62,870 nt of DNA, taken from the IMG/VR virus record IMGVR_UViG_3300037066_000002, positions 1 to 62,870 of that record; one strand, written 5' to 3'. Below the pieces are notes generated by a model. It was given only the letters and a program-made list of their open reading frames with translations. It was not told the origin of the DNA and made no database searches. Both the position numbers and the translations under genes were made by a program. The stretch comes from a virus (lineage: Duplodnaviria; Caudoviricetes). This document shows positions 1-9,185 of the stretch, piece after piece (the first letter of the stretch is position 1; each line of letters begins with the position of its first letter).

Positions 1-341
<341 letters not shown>

Positions 342-351
342 TCCGTATAAA

Positions 352-500
352 TCCTATGCGTTTCTCAGGGTTTCCCTGATTCACAAGCGCACTGGAAACA
401 GCGAAAATAGGACTTGATCGGGGCATCACAGAGCGAGCCGAACGCGAAAAGCGCTGAACTTCCACCTGGCAAAGGTGCGGCGGGATTCGACCCCGATCAA
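352..500 (+). ncRNA. Candidate structured intergenic RNA (two adjacent multibranch domains)
   Basis: TCCTAT(352)/ATAGGA(407) enclosing TCAGGG/CCCTGA and CTG-GAAA-CAG; TTGATCGGGG(414)/CCCCGATCAA(491) enclosing GCCG/CGGC and CACCT/AGGTG. Confidence 0.5.
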
Positions 501-538
501 AAACAGAGGCCCGGTATACCGGGAGAAAAGAGGAAAAG

Positions 539-745
539 ATGACACAGACACAGCGAGGTGGACACTACAGCATTAGGGTTTTCGGACCTGATTATCATAC
601 CTCTCCGGCCCAAACGCGCCGGAACCTCAATGACATTGAGGATCTCGCTCGCAAGATCGGCATCGACAAGTGCGACGTGCGTTTCGTCCGTGCGGATGGC
701 TCGATCAGTGAACCATTCCGACTGCAAAAGGAGCAGGACGCCTGA
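539..745 (+). CDS. Hypothetical early protein
   Basis: Motif plus purine-rich RBS, 68 aa. Confidence 0.7.
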   Translation: MTQTQRGGHYSIRVFGPDYHTSPAQTRRNLNDIEDLARKIGIDKCDVRFVRADGSISEPFRLQKEQDA

Positions 746-777
746 CAGCCGAGGACGGTATACCGGGAGAGGAGAAC

Positions 778-999
778 ATGAGCACACCTAAAACAGACCG
801 AGAATACGCGATTGACGAGATTGGCGAAGGATTGGTCAGGCAAAACGAGTACTTGGATAGCCAGACGCCGGACATGTTAGCAGCGACCGATGCGGCGATA
901 CAGGACGCGCGGGAATCACAGCCGGGGTACAGCCCCGAACTCAGCGTAATCGAGCAGTACATCGTAGAGCAGAGCATTATCGCTCTGGGCGGTAGGTAG
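778..999 (+). CDS. Acidic hypothetical early protein
   Basis: Motif plus GAGGAG RBS. Confidence 0.75.
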   Translation: MSTPKTDREYAIDEIGEGLVRQNEYLDSQTPDMLAATDAAIQDARESQPGYSPELSVIEQYIVEQSIIALGGR

Positions 1000-1025
1000 G
1001 TATACCGGGAGAGGAGGAGAAGAAG

Positions 1026-1382
1026 ATGACAATGACATACGAAGTAACGGCGCAGGATCAACATGGCCCGCTGCGCGGAATCTCGCACAGCTACGAGGGC
1101 TACCAGGACGCGGACGGCAACACGGTGCATGTGTACGCTGTTGAATCGCGTATCGCGGACCTCTTTGAGGCGGACTGCGAGGTAGATGCGCTCGTTATTT
1201 CTTACGACCATATTTACTCTGACGACGAGATAAGCCTATACATCGAGTCGCACGATGATGATGACGAGCACGACCTGGCCGAAATGCGGCGCATGTTCCG
1301 CTCCGTCCACCACCGGAACCCGAGCGAAGACGAGGAGCGCGACCTCTGGAGCCATGTCTGCAATCTGGTGAGCCATGCGTAG
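1026..1382 (+). CDS. Acidic hypothetical early protein
   Basis: Motif plus GAGGAGG RBS. Confidence 0.75.
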   Translation: MTMTYEVTAQDQHGPLRGISHSYEGYQDADGNTVHVYAVESRIADLFEADCEVDALVISYDHIYSDDEISLYIESHDDDDEHDLAEMRRMFRSVHHRNPSEDEERDLWSHVCNLVSHA

Positions 1383-1449
1383 GCATCTCCGCGCGGTGAG
1401 TGACCGCGCTTAAAGAACTTTAGAGTATACCGGAGAAAAGGGGATCACG

Positions 1450-1833
1450 ATGACCTACACTGGACAGAATTACGACGAGATCGAAACGGCGCTGGTAGCG
1501 CTTGGGGCCACTGCGCAGGAAGCCGATGCGCTGACCGACGTACTTCACGTCGAAGGATGGGGCGGAGTCGAAGACAGCGACATGACCGAGGCTGTTCTCA
1601 TCAACATGATCGCCTGGCTTCGCGAGAATCGCCCTGTTGACCCTCGCGCCGATTGGGACGACTCAAATTACATCGACATCATAGAAAGCGAAAATGAGCG
1701 CTGGTTCGCAGCGTCTCCCTGTACCACTCCTACCAATGACGAAACGGATTCCAGCATCAACAAAATGCTTGGCTTTCCTCCCGGTGGCTGCATCCACTTT
1801 GACGGCCTCTCCGGAGCGCTGAAGAACGGGTAG
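1450..1833 (+). CDS. Acidic hypothetical early protein
   Basis: Motif plus RBS. Confidence 0.7.
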   Translation: MTYTGQNYDEIETALVALGATAQEADALTDVLHVEGWGGVEDSDMTEAVLINMIAWLRENRPVDPRADWDDSNYIDIIESENERWFAASPCTTPTNDETDSSINKMLGFPPGGCIHFDGLSGALKNG

Positions 1834-1878
1834 TGCGCTAAATGTGTGTGGCTGAGATCAAAGCGGTATCTAGTTGCC

Positions 1879-2220
1879 TTATTTTGTTGGGGGTGCTGCG
1901 CCGGACAGTAATTGTCTGAAATAAGCGGCCAAGAACAGGCCGAGTAGCGTTCCAACGACGCCAACCACCCAGAGGACCGTTCTGCCGCTAGCCTTCGCGG
2001 CGTGCATGTCCATGCGAACGTCATCTATTTTCTTTCCGTGTTCTTTACTTGCCTCTTTGAGGCTATCTACTGCTTCGGTCAATTTTCCGAGTGCGTGATT
2101 GATCCCTGCAACCAACTCAACAGTAAGTTTATAGTCCCCGAGGGGCGGCGCAGAAGATGAGGTTTGGACCGCGTCTTCGTTGGCTGGTGGCCGCTCTCGC
2201 GATGTTCTGGGCGGAGCCAT
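1879..2220 (-). CDS. Coiled-coil protein with C-terminal membrane anchor (accessory)
   Basis: Heptad region followed by VLWVVGVVGTLLGLFLAAYF. Confidence 0.65.
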   Translation of the reverse strand: MAPPRTSRERPPANEDAVQTSSSAPPLGDYKLTVELVAGINHALGKLTEAVDSLKEASKEHGKKIDDVRMDMHAAKASGRTVLWVVGVVGTLLGLFLAAYFRQLLSGAAPPTK

Positions 2221-2414
2221 GAGTTATGTCTGAGATTGGGCCGCGAGCCATTCCCAGAGCGCTGGGTTGGTGCGTCCCGAGTACCCGTTTATAGGTACTA
2301 TCAGGTGTGAATTAGTAGAGCGCACGCCGAGTTTAAACCTATTCTACTACTTGCAGTACTGGCATTTCAATAAAATACTTGCAATGCAAGTAACAAAGTT
2401 GCTAGCATCTCGGT

Positions 2415-3149
2415 ATGAGCGAACCGCAATCAGGGAAAGTCCGATCCGGTAAGGCGCGCATGGAAAAACTCACTCCTGAAGAACGGAAGGAGTTGGCCCG
2501 CGCCGGTGCCAAAGAGCGATGGAGAAAGGCGAGAGAGGCCGCTACTGGCATTCTGGTGCCCGGGGAAAACGACCCCAAAATATACTCAGGGGATGAAATC
2601 ATTCTCAGTGTTTCCAATAACTTACCTTTAGCAAAGTGGCCGGGGAGTCTTGAGATAGGGATCTCTTGCTACGTGTTGGAAGATGGTCGTCGTGTTATCA
2701 GCCGCACGGGGGCAACGGATTTTCTTACTGGCGGAAAGGGCGGCGGTAATCTTGAAAGCTACACAGGTATTCAGGCGCTAAAGGACTACATCCCTGAAAA
2801 CCTCCCCGGCGAGATGATCGAGTTTACGTTGCCCGGGGTTGTAAATAAGACAGTGCGAGGGATGCAGGCCGAAACGTTTCTGGATATTTGCACTGCTTAC
2901 GTCACCGCTTGGCAGGCCGGAAAACTGGAAAGCGAGGCCCAGATCAAGATTGCGATGAAGGCGGCGATGTTCACGGCTGCTTGCGCTAAGGTCGGGCTTA
3001 TCGCCTTAATCGATGAGGCAACTGGTTACCAATACGAACGACCGCTCGACGGGTTTCGACGCCTCGACGTGCAGCGACGATTCCGTTTATTTGTTCTGGA
3101 AGGGATTCTGAATGTCCCGCTCCACGATCAGCACCTTTCAACGAGGTAA
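2415..3149 (+). CDS. P63C-domain protein, apparently truncated at the C-terminus
   Basis: ARMEKLTPEERKELAR, CYVLEDGRRVIS and ACAKVGLIALIDEATGYQYER motifs, then unrelated sequence; TTGCAA-18-TAGCAT promoter 6 nt before the ATG. Confidence 0.75.
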   Translation: MSEPQSGKVRSGKARMEKLTPEERKELARAGAKERWRKAREAATGILVPGENDPKIYSGDEIILSVSNNLPLAKWPGSLEIGISCYVLEDGRRVISRTGATDFLTGGKGGGNLESYTGIQALKDYIPENLPGEMIEFTLPGVVNKTVRGMQAETFLDICTAYVTAWQAGKLESEAQIKIAMKAAMFTAACAKVGLIALIDEATGYQYERPLDGFRRLDVQRRFRLFVLEGILNVPLHDQHLSTR

Positions 3150-3315
3150 CACGATGAAAAGAACAATCCTTATATTGGTGCTGGCCGCTTCTTCGGCCGG
3201 TGCCGCGGACCTGCGGCATCGGCTGATGTCGAAGGGGTGGCGCAGGGCCGCGACGGTTTCGGCTGCGGGAAAAATAATTATTGCTAAATTATCCGCCGTG
3301 TTTTATCCTGTGTGC

Positions 3316-3489
3316 ATGGCGAAAGATAAACCAGAATCACGAATCAACTTCCCGGCTCCTCGGAAACTCCGCAAGCGCCTGAACGATTACGCGGCGCAGC
3401 ACAACACGCATCGGAACGTTTTGCTCGTGCGCTTTATGCGGGCGATTGTCGGGAGCGGGAAGAACCCGGACGATTATTTCAAGGAGTAA
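3316..3489 (+). CDS. Arc/ribbon-helix-helix-like regulator
   Basis: SRINFPAPRKLRKRLNDYAAQHNTHRNVLL pattern; TTGCTA-17-TATCCT promoter (3281-3309) 6 nt upstream. Confidence 0.6.
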   Translation: MAKDKPESRINFPAPRKLRKRLNDYAAQHNTHRNVLLVRFMRAIVGSGKNPDDYFKE

Positions 3490-3492
3490 TTC

Positions 3493-3933
3493 ATGAGCAA
3501 CGAGAAGAATATCGAACATGCAGCAAAACTGCGGCAACTGGCAGATGTTTACGACCGTGCCGAGGAATTCATTCCTGCTTGCGGTCTTACGATCTTCGCA
3601 GATACCAAAGAGTCGATAGTTTCCGTAATCCGCGCTGTCGGCGGGAAGTTCAGGAAGCGCTCGTCGGGTGATAACGAACACTTTCTGTACTTCGATTCCG
3701 AACGCATCCCCGGACTCTCGGTCAATATCTGGCGTGATCTGGTTTGCCGAAAAATCGTGCGCTGGGAGTGCGACCCGGTGTTTTCGGCAGACGAAGAAGA
3801 TGAGATTGTCGCCTCGAGTTCACCCCAGCCCGTCGCGCAGATTCTGGACGAGGCGGAGGATCTGATCGAGCGCGACGAACCGGCTGGCCCCGCTGCCTAT
3901 CAGGGCGATGGCGTGTTTGCGGAGAATCACTGA
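3493..3933 (+). CDS. Hypothetical protein
   Basis: AAGGAG RBS, operon context. Confidence 0.7.
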   Translation: MSNEKNIEHAAKLRQLADVYDRAEEFIPACGLTIFADTKESIVSVIRAVGGKFRKRSSGDNEHFLYFDSERIPGLSVNIWRDLVCRKIVRWECDPVFSADEEDEIVASSSPQPVAQILDEAEDLIERDEPAGPAAYQGDGVFAENH

Positions 3934-4199
3934 TGAGTATCCCGTCAGACGTAAACTTTTCGGTTATGTGTCTGGTGCGCGGGAATTCTTTCCCGGTCGC
4001 CTTGAGTCGCAATCTGTCGATGGCCGATGCGTTGAGAGAAGTAGCCGATTACCGCGACAAGCAGAAGTCAGCCGGGTTTCGCGTGCGACAGCATAAGGCT
4101 ACAGGCACCGTCAACCTCGAACGGCGCGGATGGATCGATATCATCAACCCTCACGGCGGAAAAACTGAAGCGGAATACTGGGCGGAGCCGACCGTATGA
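3933..4199 (+). CDS. Hypothetical protein
   Basis: TGATG coupling. Confidence 0.65.
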   Translation: MSIPSDVNFSVMCLVRGNSFPVALSRNLSMADALREVADYRDKQKSAGFRVRQHKATGTVNLERRGWIDIINPHGGKTEAEYWAEPTV

Positions 4200-4344
4200 G
4201 CCGCGCCGACACATTCCGTATCGCCGACAAGCTCTTCCAGATCAGCCCAAGGGCCGACAAGTTTGCCGAATTACTCCGCGAACTTGGAGAGAACGGCGAA
4301 TTGTGGGAAGTTGACGAAATTATGAGCAGGCTGGGAGGCCACTG

Positions 4345-5325
4345 ATGAGCAACCTACCCGCCCGCCAGGAGCGCATCATCTACGATCTTCCCGCCTCCGA
4401 ATACCACGCCACGCCGGGACTCAGCCACAGCGCCATGAAGGATCTGATTATCTCCCCGATGCGCTTCTGGCATAACCACGTCCGCCCTGACCGTGAGCCG
4501 CAGGAAGAAACCGATTTCATGATCTTCGGTCGCGCCCTGCATTCGGCGGTGCTGGATACGCCGGAAGTATTCGACGCGCAGTTCTGCTGCGAATACGTAG
4601 CGCCACCGGATGCGCTGGAAAAGTCAGACGATATCAAGCAGTGGATTAAAGACAACGGCGGGAAGCCCACTGGAACCGTCAAGAGCGCGCCTGGAGGCTG
4701 GATCGACCAGGCCCTTGCGATTGATCCGCATGTCGTGATACTGGAGCGCGAGCAGCGCCGTCATTTCGCCAGGAACGAAGGCAAACACATCCTGAAGTCC
4801 GAGGACTGGAGTCGCCTCGCGGGATGCGCGAAGGCACTGATGGATGAGCCGGAATTTCAGCGACTCCGGGCCGTGGGACGATCCGAGGTTTCGTACTTTG
4901 TGACCGACCCCGATACCGGCGTACCGCTCAAGGCGCGAATGGATTTCGTCGCGCCGAAGTGGACGCTGGACCCGAAGACTTTCAGCCAGAAGGGTAAGCC
5001 GATTGATCGGACGGTTGCGGACGCGATCTACTTTGAGGGGTATTACCGGCAGGCCTACCTATACACGACGATTCGCGAGATCGCCGGCGAAGGAAAGACG
5101 GATTTTATCAACCCGTTCGTGGAATCCGAGGAGCCGCACGAAGTCCGCATCCGCCGTCACAATCAGACAAGCCTGCTGTGGGAAGTCGGGCGCAGCGAAG
5201 TCATCCGCCTGATTCGCCTGTACGCGAGCTTGATGGACAGGTTCGGCACTGACAGACCCTGGCGCACAAACGCGACGGTTGACGATTTGATGGATGAGGA
5301 GATTAAGGGGCTGGCATGGACGTAG
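4345..5325 (+). CDS. RecE/exonuclease VIII-like PD-(D/E)xK nuclease (DUF3799-like)
   Basis: EYHATPGLSHSAMK, FGRALHSAVL, LKARMD...DPKT, YYRQAYLY. Confidence 0.85.
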   Translation: MSNLPARQERIIYDLPASEYHATPGLSHSAMKDLIISPMRFWHNHVRPDREPQEETDFMIFGRALHSAVLDTPEVFDAQFCCEYVAPPDALEKSDDIKQWIKDNGGKPTGTVKSAPGGWIDQALAIDPHVVILEREQRRHFARNEGKHILKSEDWSRLAGCAKALMDEPEFQRLRAVGRSEVSYFVTDPDTGVPLKARMDFVAPKWTLDPKTFSQKGKPIDRTVADAIYFEGYYRQAYLYTTIREIAGEGKTDFINPFVESEEPHEVRIRRHNQTSLLWEVGRSEVIRLIRLYASLMDRFGTDRPWRTNATVDDLMDEEIKGLAWT

Positions 5326-6269
5326 ACGAGTTTGAGGTAATCAAAGCCGAGCGCATTTCTGTACCGCTGCTAATTTCGCTGTCGGGCACCAGCGGAAGCG
5401 GTAAGACTTTTTCCGGCCTGCTGTTGGCGGGAGGAATCGCGGGCGCAGATGGGCAGGTCGGCATGATCGACGCCGAGAACGGGCGCGGCTCTCTCTATGC
5501 CGACGATCCCGACATCATGAAGGCGATTCCGAAGGGATATCTTCGGACTGCGATCTCCGCGCCGTACAGTCCACAGCGTTACATCAAGGCGATCAAGGCG
5601 CAGGAAGCGGCCGGCGTCACGGTATGTCTGATCGATTCCACCACCCATGAATGGGAAGGTGAGGGCGGATGTACGGACATCGCCGAGAACAACAAGATGA
5701 AGGGAATGCCGAACTGGGCGATGGCGAAGCGCGAGCATAAGCGATTCCTCGCCTACTGCCTGTCTTCCCGGATGCACATAATTTTCTGCCTCCGAGCGCG
5801 CGACAAGGTGAAGATCACGCCGGATAACAAGGTCATCCCGATTGGAATTCAGCCGATCGCAGAGAAAAATTTCGTTTTCGAGATGCTGATCTCGCTGATG
5901 TTCGATGAGGCCACGCACCAGTACTCGTGCCTGAAGGTGCCGAAGATGCTGACTGCTACGTTCCCCGGCGGAAAGCTCATTACGAGGGAGCACGGCTTAC
6001 TGATTCGCCAGTGGAGCGACGGAGGACGCGCAGAAGATCCGATGGAGTCCGTCCAGAAGCGCGCCAGGTCCGCTGCTGAGTTGGGCATGGAGGAGTATCA
6101 GGCGCTGTTCTCTGGGCTTACGAAGACCGAACAGAAAGCGCTGGCATCCACTACCCACGCGGCGAATAAAAAGATTGCGGAAGACTTCGACAAGGCGGCA
6201 AAACTGGCCGCTGAGGCGGAAGAAGCCGAAGCCGCAGAACTGAAGCGCCGGGGCGTCATCCCGGAGTAG
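5316..6269 (+). CDS. AAA ATPase, Sak4-like recombinase
   Basis: Walker A GTSGSGKT, IDAENGRG, LIDSTTHEW; adjacent to exonuclease. Confidence 0.85.
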   Translation: MDVDEFEVIKAERISVPLLISLSGTSGSGKTFSGLLLAGGIAGADGQVGMIDAENGRGSLYADDPDIMKAIPKGYLRTAISAPYSPQRYIKAIKAQEAAGVTVCLIDSTTHEWEGEGGCTDIAENNKMKGMPNWAMAKREHKRFLAYCLSSRMHIIFCLRARDKVKITPDNKVIPIGIQPIAEKNFVFEMLISLMFDEATHQYSCLKVPKMLTATFPGGKLITREHGLLIRQWSDGGRAEDPMESVQKRARSAAELGMEEYQALFSGLTKTEQKALASTTHAANKKIAEDFDKAAKLAAEAEEAEAAELKRRGVIPE

Positions 6270-6291
6270 CAACCAATTTCAAAGGAGCACT

Positions 6292-6645
6292 ATGTCAAAA
6301 CGAAAGCACACCGAAGCGCCGGAACCACCAGAAAACGAAACGATTCAGGAGTTAGCCGGAGAGGGCACGCGGCCCAAACTGTCCATTCCTGAGATTCTGG
6401 AGTTAGCCGCGAATCTGACAGCCGCAGGAGATCCACCACCCGCGCCCGAAACTCGCAAGCCCCGCACTCGCCTGACACTGGCCGAGAAGACCCAGAAATT
6501 TCTGGCCGGTATCGAGGCAATGAAGAAGAAGCACTCCGACAACGTTCTGGAGAAGGCTGGAGCGGTGCAGTCCGCCATGATGGCTCACGATTCCGCCAAG
6601 GCCGAACAGGCGAAGTTTCTGGAGTCGCTGAAGGGGCTGCCTTAA
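6292..6645 (+). CDS. Hypothetical protein
   Basis: AAGGAG RBS. Confidence 0.7.
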   Translation: MSKRKHTEAPEPPENETIQELAGEGTRPKLSIPEILELAANLTAAGDPPPAPETRKPRTRLTLAEKTQKFLAGIEAMKKKHSDNVLEKAGAVQSAMMAHDSAKAEQAKFLESLKGLP

Positions 6646-6935
6646 TGACCGAACAGGACTTGAGGGACAAACTAAAGGCTGAAGTCTGGAGTCAGCATAA
6701 TGCCGCCACGATGGAGGCGAACCAGCAGAATCTTAACGTGGCTCAGGGTATGACCGGAATCGGCGCACAGATCGGAAATCCCAGGCAGACTCTTCGGGAG
6801 CGTTTAGGCAGCGCGATCCGCATTGGTGAAGATGTTAAGTCGATCGCCAGGAACGCACGCGAACTTGATGCTCTGCTATCGAAACATCCCGACATCGCGC
6901 GGATTCTCGATCTGTACGAGGAGTTTAGGTACTAA
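6645..6935 (+). CDS. Hypothetical protein
   Basis: TAATG coupling. Confidence 0.7.
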   Translation: MTEQDLRDKLKAEVWSQHNAATMEANQQNLNVAQGMTGIGAQIGNPRQTLRERLGSAIRIGEDVKSIARNARELDALLSKHPDIARILDLYEEFRY

Positions 6936-6939
6936 ACCT

Positions 6940-7087
6940 TCCCCGCGAAATCCAAACCGAATCCGCCAAAGCGGGCACGCTTGACCTCGGGGGAGGAACC
7001 GGGTTCGGTCGCGGGGATAAAACAGTTCCGGCAAATCCAACCCGGAAGCGCCAAGTATACGCAAAATCGGCGCTTCCGGTGCCGGAG
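6940..7087 (+). ncRNA. Twin long hairpins, each with a 5' bulge AAAUCCAA
   Basis: CCCCGCG/CGCGGGG plus ACCGA/TCGGT; TCCGGC/GCCGGA plus CCGGAAGCGCC/GGCGCTTCCGG; AAATCCAA at 6948 and 7033. Confidence 0.6.
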
Positions 7088-7180
7088 AAAGAGAGAGTTA
7101 CGCGATGAACGAAACTAAGCACACGCCGACACCGTGGGAAGTCCCGCTACAACAGTTTTTTGAATTGGTGGAGGATATCA

Positions 7181-7672
7181 ATGCCTGAACAGACGCCGCT
7201 GGAACTGGCAAAACGACTGGATTTACTGGACACTCTACAGATCGCCAAAGACTGTATTGCTGATCATACTAACAGGAGAAGAGAAAATAATTGCCCTTGT
7301 GTTGATTGCAAATTGTCCCGCGCCCTGATCGAAGTCACCGCCGAGCGGGACGCGCTACGGAACCCCCTCGGATTATTTGATATGCACGGCCAGGAATGCG
7401 GAAACTGTGGCGTGCGACTCGTGACTGTAAACGGAAGGCCGGCGCTTTCCGAATTGAGGCCGGACACGATTGCGATATGCGGGCGATGCGCTGGTGCCGA
7501 AATTGATCGCGTAGAAAAAGAGCGGGACGCGCTACAGGCCGGGGTGGACGCCGCAAATCGACATTTTCTGATGAGCGATCAGGAACTTCTGGCAATGTGG
7601 AAAGATAGCGCGGCGTACATAAACGCTGCTAGCTCAGCCGCACGGAGAAGGTATGATCTTAGACCTGAATGA
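7181..7672 (+). CDS. Mosaic Cys-rich protein carrying a copy of the scaffold C-terminal motif
   Basis: GGAGGA RBS; CxxC pairs; MSDQELLAMWKDSA. Confidence 0.7.
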   Translation: MPEQTPLELAKRLDLLDTLQIAKDCIADHTNRRRENNCPCVDCKLSRALIEVTAERDALRNPLGLFDMHGQECGNCGVRLVTVNGRPALSELRPDTIAICGRCAGAEIDRVEKERDALQAGVDAANRHFLMSDQELLAMWKDSAAYINAASSAARRRYDLRPE

Positions 7673-8219
7673 AATTCGCAAGAAAAACAAACTGCATTCG
7701 AGCCGTGCCGTAAGGCCGGAAGAGATCGATGCGATGCTGGATCGGATCGAGGAACTTCAGAGGCTGAACGCGGAACTTGTGAAGAGTTCTCTCCGGGATT
7801 GGCTTAAATCTCCCGCTTTCCAAACCTTCATAGATCTCAAGCATGGGCCCATCGGAACCATCCTAATGCTTTTACAGGAAGGCCAGATCAGCCGAGGGAA
7901 GTGCGCTGAGGCTTTGGCGGAATTAGCCCACGGCATTGCACCTGAGGACGTGCGACTGCCTGCGTTCAGCGAGTCTATGTTCACTGACGATCAGACTCCC
8001 GCTGAAGTGTGCGCTGCCAAAGACGCCGAGATCGAATCCCTACGGAAGACGCTGGAGGCGGTACGGGAGAAGGTTGAGTCGGCTCCGCATTATGAGGAGT
8101 GTCAATCCGACTACACCTCCTCATCGGAGGGCCTGCCAGATCCCTGCGACTGCTGGAAAGCGCCCGCGCTCTCCCTGATCGACGCAGCCCTGAAGCCGAA
8201 AGAGGAAGAACATCTATGA
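7653..8219 (+). CDS. Hypothetical protein
   Basis: ORF with RBS, operon context. Confidence 0.65.
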   Translation: MILDLNEIRKKNKLHSSRAVRPEEIDAMLDRIEELQRLNAELVKSSLRDWLKSPAFQTFIDLKHGPIGTILMLLQEGQISRGKCAEALAELAHGIAPEDVRLPAFSESMFTDDQTPAEVCAAKDAEIESLRKTLEAVREKVESAPHYEECQSDYTSSSEGLPDPCDCWKAPALSLIDAALKPKEEEHL

Positions 8220-8293
8220 GCAGAGAATCAGAGATCCGCCGTTGAGCGCCCGTTCTTTTACCGCGCAGTGGCGATGGACTAAAAGGAGAGAAG

Positions 8294-8956
8294 ATGAGAG
8301 AGCCGACCGAAGAATCGTTTCTGAAAGATGTCTCGAATCACCAGATCAAGTTTTTGAAGGACGAATACCTTTACAGGCACATTCGCTTTCGTCGGCAGGA
8401 ATCCGGCAACATGTGGTTCGACTTGGTTACGTGGCCGAACGTTTTGACGATTCACGGCGATATGGGAACGTGGACGTTCTCGCGGGTCGAGGACATGCTC
8501 ACCTTCTTCCGTGATTCCAAACTCAGGATCAATCCTTCGTACTGGGCCGAAAAGTTGCAGCACGGCCAGTTCAGCGGTCGGGAAGGTGCTAAGGTTTGGG
8601 ACCAGGACACGTTTCAGGAGCGCTTGCTGGATCAACTAAAGGATCGCTTTGAGGACGAGCCAGAAAAACTAGCCGAAGTCAAAGCGGCTGTCGAGGAAGA
8701 GGTGTTTCGGCTTCACGACGGCGATGGTCCGCACATGATGCGCCACGCGGCTTACGAGTTCACGCACGAGTTTGAAACCAAACCGGGCACTCGGAACGGT
8801 GAGAAGTTCCAGTTTGACGGAATGGAACTTCCAGACGGCATGGTTTATTCATACCACTTCATCTGGTGCCTGTACGCCATCGTGTGGGGAATCCAGCAGT
8901 ACGACGCAATGCGGAGCGCTCCGGTAGAAGGAATGACGCTTATCAACAGTCGCTGA
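8294..8956 (+). CDS. Conserved phage hypothetical protein
   Basis: YRHIRF...WFDLVTWP..LTIHGDMGT..FSRVEDML.FFR...INPSYWAEK; AAGGAG RBS. Confidence 0.8.
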   Translation: MREPTEESFLKDVSNHQIKFLKDEYLYRHIRFRRQESGNMWFDLVTWPNVLTIHGDMGTWTFSRVEDMLTFFRDSKLRINPSYWAEKLQHGQFSGREGAKVWDQDTFQERLLDQLKDRFEDEPEKLAEVKAAVEEEVFRLHDGDGPHMMRHAAYEFTHEFETKPGTRNGEKFQFDGMELPDGMVYSYHFIWCLYAIVWGIQQYDAMRSAPVEGMTLINSR

Positions 8957-9185
8957 GCGTGCTTCCGATCCCTCGACAGGTCAATCCGATCCCGGCCTTT
9001 CTCAGCCTCGACCAGGCCGAATCCCGCTGCATCAGCAGGGTGGCGTTGAGCGTGTCCATCTGCGTTAGGAGTTGCGCCGCCTCTTCCAGCGGGACCGGGT
9101 GCCATTCGCCGGCAGTGTCGTCGCGGTAGAGGATGCCGCCCTCGGCCTTGTAGCGGCTTCCGGGGTTGGTCTGGTGCCCAGTCAT
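8943..9185 (-). CDS. Hypothetical protein
   Basis: ATGA-coupled to 9182-9286. Confidence 0.55.
   Translation of the reverse strand: MTGHQTNPGSRYKAEGGILYRDDTAGEWHPVPLEEAAQLLTQMDTLNATLLMQRDSAWSRLRKAGIGLTCRGIGSTLSDC

Larger units (their letters stand above)
510..1440 (+). repeat. Four copies of (G)GTATACCGG(G)AGA, each fused to an RBS
   Basis: Copies at ~510, 756, 999 and 1425, each just upstream of an ATG; the first is the perfect palindrome CCCGGTATACCGGG. Confidence 0.85.

Noticed and set aside
352-412. Hammerhead ribozyme (CTGA...GAAA)
   Set aside because: CTGATTC does not fit CUGANGA and there is no UH site next to the stem
414-500. tRNA or tmRNA (GGATTCGA T-loop-like)
   Set aside because: No proper T-stem, D-arm or anticodon arm and no CCA
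3112-3489. Single 125-aa secreted regulator
   Set aside because: An internal promoter before ATG 3316 suggests an accidental fusion with an upstream fragment
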